The translations under genes and the position numbers were made by a program. The notes under the pieces are model-generated. The model was not told where the DNA came from and searched no databases. It saw only the letters and a list, made by a program, of their open reading frames with translations. A DNA stretch of 48,342 bases, taken from the NCBI GenBank assembly GCA_001823165.1, contig MHTT01000008.1, forward strand, positions 1 to 48,342, given 5' to 3'. Origin of the DNA: Candidatus Wildermuthbacteria bacterium RIFCSPHIGHO2_01_FULL_49_22b (GTDB lineage: Bacteria; Patescibacteriota; Minisyncoccia; Minisyncoccales; UBA10102). Shown one piece after another: positions 43,841-48,342 of this stretch; positions within the stretch are counted from its first letter, which is position 1; the number at the start of each line of letters is the position of its first letter.

Positions 43841-43925
43841 GGTGGCTGAGCGGCCGAAAGCGATTGCTTGGAGAGCAATTATGCAGGAAACTGCATCGTG
43901 GGTTCGAATCCCACCCTCACCGCCA
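43836..43925 (+). tRNA. tRNA-Ser(GGA), class II, CCA encoded
   Basis: GGUGAGG UG GCUGAGCGGCCGAAAGC G AUUGC UUGGAGA GCAAU UAUGCAGGAAACUGCAUC GUGGG UUCGAAU CCCAC CCUCACC G CCA. Confidence 0.92.
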
Positions 43926-43971
43926 GTTCTCAAAGAAAGGTTGAAGATAATAGCTTATTATTTCTTTCACT

Positions 43972-44418
43972 ATGCCGAAAAATGTCTATCTCATTATTGG
44001 AGTTGTCGCGTTTCTCATCGTTGGAGGATTTTTGTTTTTGCGGGGCAGCGAGGTTCAGGCTCCAGGTCAAGAGCAGACCACGCAAGAGCAAGTGGAAGCT
44101 CCTCTTGAGGTTGTTGTAACCTACACGGACTTTGGGTTTTCCCCGCGCGAGGTTACCGTAGCAAAGGATGGCACCGCGACGTTCCAGAATCAAAGCTCCA
44201 GGGACATGTGGCCTGCCAGTGCCGTGCACCCCACGCACATGGCGTACCCTGGCTCTGACATTGAAAAGTGCGGAACTGCAGAAGAACCCCGGCTCTTTGA
44301 CGCCTGCGGTCCTGTTGCTCCAGGTGAAAGCTGGTCTTTTGTGTTTACAGAGCAGGGGAGCTGGGGATACCACGACCACCTAAATGTTTCCAACACGGGA
44401 CGAATTGCCGTACAATAG
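43972..44418 (+). CDS. Membrane-anchored cupredoxin-like domain protein
   Basis: N-terminal TM helix, then a beta-rich domain with FSPREVTVAKDGTATFQNQSSRDMWPASAVHPTH...C...WGYHDHLN (His/Cys ligand-like pattern). Confidence 0.6.
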   Translation: MPKNVYLIIGVVAFLIVGGFLFLRGSEVQAPGQEQTTQEQVEAPLEVVVTYTDFGFSPREVTVAKDGTATFQNQSSRDMWPASAVHPTHMAYPGSDIEKCGTAEEPRLFDACGPVAPGESWSFVFTEQGSWGYHDHLNVSNTGRIAVQ

Positions 44419-44501
44419 CGGTATATGTTCCAGCACGTCTACGCAATCCTCATTTTGGCCCTTGCCTTGAGCCGGTTGAACAGGTAGAATAAAGCAGAAT
44501 T

Positions 44502-46262
44502 ATGCTTCAGTCGCCAATTGAGGAGGTGAAGAACCGCCTGGATATTGTACAGGTGGTGGGAGAATACCTTAAGCTGCAAAAGGCCGGGGCGAACTTTCGC
44601 GCCCTGTGTCCGTTTCATGCTGAAAAAGGCCCCTCTTTTTTTGTGACCCCGGCCCGTCAGATGTGGCATTGTTTTGGGTGCGGCATCGGGGGGAGCGTTT
44701 TTGATTTTGTCATGCACATTGAGGGCTTGGAGTTTGGGGACGCCCTGCGCCTGCTGGCTCAAAAGGCAGGGGTGGAGCTCCCAAAGCGCAGCCCTGCCTT
44801 TGTGCAGCAAGAGACGGAACGAAAGCGTCTTTTGGAAATCACCGAGCTTGCCGCCAGATTTTTTGAAAAGCAGCTGTCTTCAAAGGCGGGAGCGGCGGCC
44901 AAAGAATACTTACAGAAAAGAGGGGTAAGCAACGAGTCGTTTGCGGCTTGGCGCATTGGGTACGCCCCAGGAACCAAACGCTCCATGCTGGATTTCTTGG
45001 TGCAGCAAGGATACCGCGAGCAGGAAATTGGCAGGGCAGGATTGCTGGTGCGGGGAGAACAAGGAGTGTTTGACCGCTTCCGTTCCCGCATCATGTTTCC
45101 CGTGTTCAACCTGCAGGGAGAGGTTATGGGATTTGGGGGAAGGATTTTTGGGAAGGAAGACAAGGACATGGCAAAGTATGTGAATACCCCGAATACACCG
45201 CTGTATGACAAGGGCAGGATTCTGTACGGGCTAGACAAGGCAAAACTGGAGGTCAGAAAGCAGGATTCCTGCGTTCTGGTAGAAGGGTACATGGATGCCA
45301 TCTTGGTTTCGCAGGCAGGCACGAAAAACGTGGTGGCTACGTCTGGGACCGCCCTAACCTCTTTTCACCTTCAGCTCTTGCGGCGCTACTCAGAAAACCT
45401 TGTGCTGGCTTTTGACATGGACATTGCGGGAGATACCGCGACAAAGAGAGGTATTGAACTGTCAATGGCCGAGGGGTTTTTAGTAAAGATTGTGCGTCTG
45501 ACAGAAGGCAAGGACCCGGCTGAAGCCGCGCACAACCCCGAGTCCTGGCATTTGGCCTTGGACAGGGCAACCTCCATCATTGATTACTATTTTGAAAGCA
45601 CGTTTTCCTCTTTTAACAAGAGAACGCTTGATGGAAAGAGCAAGGCGGCCTCCCTTTTGCTTTCCGTCATCTTTAAGCTCCCGAACAAGATTGTGCAGAG
45701 CCACTGGATTCAGCGTTTGGCAGAGGAACTAGGGGTGAGAGAGGAGGCAGTGAGGGAAGAACTGGCAAAGGTGAAGGCCGAACCTCGCCTGCAAAGAACA
45801 AACGCTCCCTTTGCGCTCTCGGCGCGGGAAAAGAAGGGGAGAAGGGAACTGATTGAAGAGCGCATTCTCGTGCTCGTGTTTTGCGACCCAGGCAATCTTA
45901 AACAATTAAAAGAAGAGGACGTCCGCCAGATGTCGCTCACGATGCAGGAAATCGTTGCCGGGCTGCAGCAGGCCGAAAATCTGGAGTTTTCTTCTTTGGA
46001 ACAAGTGTTCTCTCAAACAAATCTGCAGACGGTACGGCACGCAGCCCTGCTTGCTGAACTTGAAAAAGGTGAGGAAGAGCTCAAAGACGAGTTCAGCTTG
46101 TGCTTAAAATCCCTCGCCATCTTTTCCTTAAAAGGGCGCCTGGAGGAGATTATGCGGGAAATCAAGAAGGCGGAAGGGGAACAGGAGTTGTCCAGGATTG
46201 ATTTGCTTTTGCGCGAATTCCAGGAGATAGCCAAGGAGTTGACAGTTCCCCCGACCCCCTGA
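44502..46262 (+). CDS. dnaG: DNA primase
   Basis: Zinc-binding CPFHAEKGPSFFV...WHCFGCG, and a TOPRIM domain with VLVEGYMDAI and AFDMDIAGDTA. Confidence 0.95.
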   Translation: MLQSPIEEVKNRLDIVQVVGEYLKLQKAGANFRALCPFHAEKGPSFFVTPARQMWHCFGCGIGGSVFDFVMHIEGLEFGDALRLLAQKAGVELPKRSPAFVQQETERKRLLEITELAARFFEKQLSSKAGAAAKEYLQKRGVSNESFAAWRIGYAPGTKRSMLDFLVQQGYREQEIGRAGLLVRGEQGVFDRFRSRIMFPVFNLQGEVMGFGGRIFGKEDKDMAKYVNTPNTPLYDKGRILYGLDKAKLEVRKQDSCVLVEGYMDAILVSQAGTKNVVATSGTALTSFHLQLLRRYSENLVLAFDMDIAGDTATKRGIELSMAEGFLVKIVRLTEGKDPAEAAHNPESWHLALDRATSIIDYYFESTFSSFNKRTLDGKSKAASLLLSVIFKLPNKIVQSHWIQRLAEELGVREEAVREELAKVKAEPRLQRTNAPFALSAREKKGRRELIEERILVLVFCDPGNLKQLKEEDVRQMSLTMQEIVAGLQQAENLEFSSLEQVFSQTNLQTVRHAALLAELEKGEEELKDEFSLCLKSLAIFSLKGRLEEIMREIKKAEGEQELSRIDLLLREFQEIAKELTVPPTP

Positions 46263-46410
46263 TTTAGAAACAATGTACCTGGGCATTTCCTTATCTCGCG
46301 GTCCTTCGATAAACTTAGGATATCGTTTGCAGAGAAAATGCCCGCCGAAAGCAAAGCAGTTTGCTTTTGGTCCGCGAGGGGAACTAAAAATTTTGTAAAC
46401 AAAATTTTGC

Positions 46411-47619
46411 ATGGCAATAAAAAAAGGTAAAAAGAAACCAGTCAGAAAAAAGCTGCAAAAGAAGGGCAGGGTTCCAAAGAAAAGAAAGTTGGCTCAAAAA
46501 AGGCGCGCCGCCAGAAAAAAGCCCCTGCGAGAACAAACAAGCAAAAAAAGAAAGGCGTCCCTGCTCCCGGAAGACCAGCTGCGAGGGCTTTTTGAAAGGG
46601 GCCAGCCCCGGGGGTTTGTAACGTATTCTGAAATTTTGTACGCCTTCCCTGGCATTGAAAAGAAAATCCCCGCCCTGGAGGCCTTGTACGCAAAACTTGA
46701 GGAGTCCGGGATTCGGGTGGAAGAGGTGAGGGAGTATCTGAATTTGCCAGAAAAGGAAGAGGTAGAAAGGAGAAAAGTAGAAGAAGAAGCCCCCCTGGAC
46801 CCCGTGCAAATGTACCTGAAAGAGATCGGCAAGATTTCTTTTGTGACGGCCGAGCAGGAAAAGGAGTTGGCAAAACGCATTGAAAAAGGCGACTTGGAAG
46901 CAAAAAAGCAGCTGGCCAGAGCAAATCTTCGCCTTGTGGTTTCCATTGCCAAAAGATACGTTGGCAGGTCTCCGAACCTTACCCTCCTGGATTTGATTCA
47001 AGAGGGAAACCTTGGCCTGTTTCGGGCAGTGGAGAAGTTTGACTGGAGGCGGGGATACAAGTTTTCAACGTACGCTACCTGGTGGATACGTCAGGCCATA
47101 ACCAGGGCTTTAGCTGACCAGGCAAGGACCATACGCATTCCCGTTCACATGATTGAAACCATCTCAAAGTACACCCAGGTAAGGAGGCGTCTCCTGCAGG
47201 ACTTGGGCAGAGAGCCCCTGGCAGAAGAGGTGGCAGCGGAAATGGGGCTGGAAGTGGAAAAGGTGCACCAGATTCAGAGAATCTCCCAGGAAACCGTGTC
47301 CCTGGAGACCCCGGTGGGGGAAGATGAAGAAGACAGCGTGCTGGCAGAGTTTGTAGAAGACGAAAAGGTTCCCCCTCCTTCGGTGGAAGCTGCGCGCAAT
47401 CTTCTCAAGGAACGATTAAAAGAGATTCTCATTGACTTGACCCCGCGGGAACAAAAGATTCTTGCCATGCGTTTTGGTTTGGATGATGGAGTAACCCACA
47501 CGTTAGAGGAGGTGGGGAGTGAGTTTGGCGTGACCCGAGAAAGAATACGCCAGATTGAAGCCAAAGCCCTAGAGAAAATCCGCGACCACCGCTCGTTAAA
47601 GAAACTGAGAGGATATTAA
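46411..47619 (+). CDS. rpoD: RNA polymerase sigma-70 factor RpoD with a lysine-rich N-terminal tail
   Basis: Region 1.2 [11 protein letters not shown], region 2 [12 protein letters not shown]...[17 protein letters not shown]...[13 protein letters not shown], region 3 and region 4 [20 protein letters not shown]. Confidence 0.96.
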   Translation: MAIKKGKKKPVRKKLQKKGRVPKKRKLAQKRRAARKKPLREQTSKKRKASLLPEDQLRGLFERGQPRGFVTYSEILYAFPGIEKKIPALEALYAKLEESGIRVEEVREYLNLPEKEEVERRKVEEEAPLDPVQMYLKEIGKISFVTAEQEKELAKRIEKGDLEAKKQLARANLRLVVSIAKRYVGRSPNLTLLDLIQEGNLGLFRAVEKFDWRRGYKFSTYATWWIRQAITRALADQARTIRIPVHMIETISKYTQVRRRLLQDLGREPLAEEVAAEMGLEVEKVHQIQRISQETVSLETPVGEDEEDSVLAEFVEDEKVPPPSVEAARNLLKERLKEILIDLTPREQKILAMRFGLDDGVTHTLEEVGSEFGVTRERIRQIEAKALEKIRDHRSLKKLRGY

Positions 47620-47638
47620 AGCCTAACGGGGGGCAAGG

Positions 47639-47666
47639 ACAGTCGGCATAGGGCCGGCTGTTTTTG
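47639..47666 (+). terminator. Rho-independent terminator after rpoD
   Basis: acagtcggc-loop-gccggctgt stem (one G-U pair) followed by ttttt. Confidence 0.55.
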
Positions 47667-47669
47667 CTG

Positions 47670-47698
47670 TTGCAATCTTGCGTGTCTTCTCCTATAAT
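47670..47698 (+). promoter_or_regulatory. Candidate promoter of the intron-containing tRNA-Asn
   Basis: TTGCAA, 17-nt spacer, TATAAT. The -10 ends 16 nt before tRNA position 1. Confidence 0.55.
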
Positions 47699-47714
47699 GG
47701 CACTGCTATCATAT

Positions 47715-47999
47715 TCCGCGGTAGCTCAGCTGGTAGAGCGGCTCGCTGTGAGTAAAGTTGCAGCTTCTTGGAGCAATCCAGGTTGAAAAACGGGGTTAAT
47801 TGCGGGAAACCTAAAGCGAAAGCCAAGGCAATCCGCAGCCAAGGGATGTAACATTTTGCCTTGCAAAATTGTACGTTCAAGGTTCAGAGACTATACGCCC
47901 CGCACCCCTTTGGGGTGATGAGATAGTCCACGCCAGTATGAAAGTATTGGGTTGCGTGTAACGAGATGGTCGTAGGTTCGAATCCTACCCGCGGAGCCA
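47715..47999 (+). tRNA. tRNA-Asn(GUU) interrupted in the anticodon loop by a group I intron. Exons are 47715-47749 and 47959-47999 (CCA encoded).
   Basis: The spliced product is UCCGCGG UA GCUC AGCUGGUA GAGC G GCUCG CUGU|UAA CGAGA UGGUC GUAGG UUCGAAU CCUAC CCGCGGA G CCA. U1-A72, G73 and overall similarity to bacterial tRNA-Asn support the call. One 27-43 mismatch. Confidence 0.85.
47750..47958 (+). ncRNA. Group I self-splicing intron (209 nt, tRNA-intron/IC3-like, no ORF)
   Basis: The canonical core elements are all present: P aattgcgggaaa (~47798), Q aatccgcagc (47830-47839), R gttcagagacta (47882-47893) and S agatagtcc (47921-47929). P1 pairs exon gcugU (47745-47749) with IGS Gcagc (47760-47764), giving a U-G wobble at the 5' splice site. 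The intron ends in G (47958). Confidence 0.88.
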
Positions 48000-48342
48000 A
48001 ATAGGATGATACGAGTTCTCCGCCTCGGGGCTTCGCCCCTCGGCGGGCAAATCGGCGAGAATTTTCCACGACTTTTTGGGTTCAAAGCAAATCGCTTGCA
48101 AGCGCAAAACGCGGTTCGCCGCGCGAAGCGCCGAGGCAACAAACTCACAACATACAATTTGGCTCCGAACGCTGAACGAAATCCGAACATTTTTTAGCGA
48201 AAATCCGAACGCTGAATTTTGACGCTCCGCCCCGCCGCCGCTCGCTACCACTCGCCGCACTACAGAAAAATACTCTTTGCTCTTTTCGTTTTGCGCGCGC
48301 CCAATTTTTTCTTCTAAAAGGAAAAGAATGTTTTGCTTGGCT

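Noticed and set aside
47750-47958. Homing endonuclease ORF inside the tRNA intron
   Set aside because: The intron is only 209 nt, with no ORF of meaningful length in any frame. It is a minimal ribozyme-only intron.
48000-48342. Sequence downstream of tRNA-Asn: a GC hairpin (ccgcctcggggcttcgcccctcggcgg), a duplicated aatccgaacgctgaa word, and several short ORFs on both strands
   Set aside because: The hairpin is plausibly the tRNA terminator, but no T-run follows. The ORFs are R/A/G-rich with no motifs, and the region runs off the window. There is insufficient evidence for any gene call.

Overview
This 48.3-kb window is mostly core housekeeping genes. Gene content and architecture suggest a small-genome, CPR/Patescibacteria-like bacterium; that assignment is inference, not a database hit.

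Gene order:
- a 5'-partial giant tail-fibre-like surface protein
- a RayT/IS200-like Y1 transposase
- comF-dprA-comM-yraN
- a ~2.1-kb degraded integrated element with a lysis-type cassette
- two Wzy_C+TPR membrane proteins
- rpoB-rpoC, ftsK, recA
- rpsF-ssb-rpsR (minus strand)
- a HAD hydrolase and a PaaX/Cas2-fold regulator-like gene
- trpS, RNase J, tRNA-Leu, an orphan family-5 solute-binding protein
- secG, a DUF360-like membrane protein, uvrC (all minus strand)
- uvrA, groES-groEL, lemA-htpX, a TFIIB-type zinc-ribbon protein, tRNA-Ser, a cupredoxin-like protein, dnaG, rpoD
- a tRNA-Asn(GUU) split by a 209-nt group I intron

The most unusual signal is not a gene cluster. At least seven unrelated short palindromic or hairpin repeat families populate this core region:
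- A and G: heptamer-array hairpin elements translated in frame inside rpoC, uvrA and uvrC.
- B: a GTAGGGTC-A-GACCCTAC doublet translated inside dprA and uvrA.
- C: CCTAAATCCGATTTAGG REP-like palindromes flanking the RayT gene (REPtron-like) and arrayed between rpoB and rpoC.
- D: an identical 24-nt palindrome after two stop codons.
- E: AT-rich elements with terminal inverted repeats that supply the stop codons of comF and htpX.
- F: a ~125-nt intercistronic element placed identically in front of rpsR and groEL.

Other notable points:
- ~35-bp inverted repeats bracket the PaaX/Cas2-like gene.
- The remnant element sits at the yraN 3' end between 144-bp direct repeats.
- An SD-led two-TM ORF runs in frame into uvrC across a terminator-like hairpin.

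No CRISPR array and no rRNA genes were seen. All calls come from reading the sequence and the ORF translations; no searches were run.
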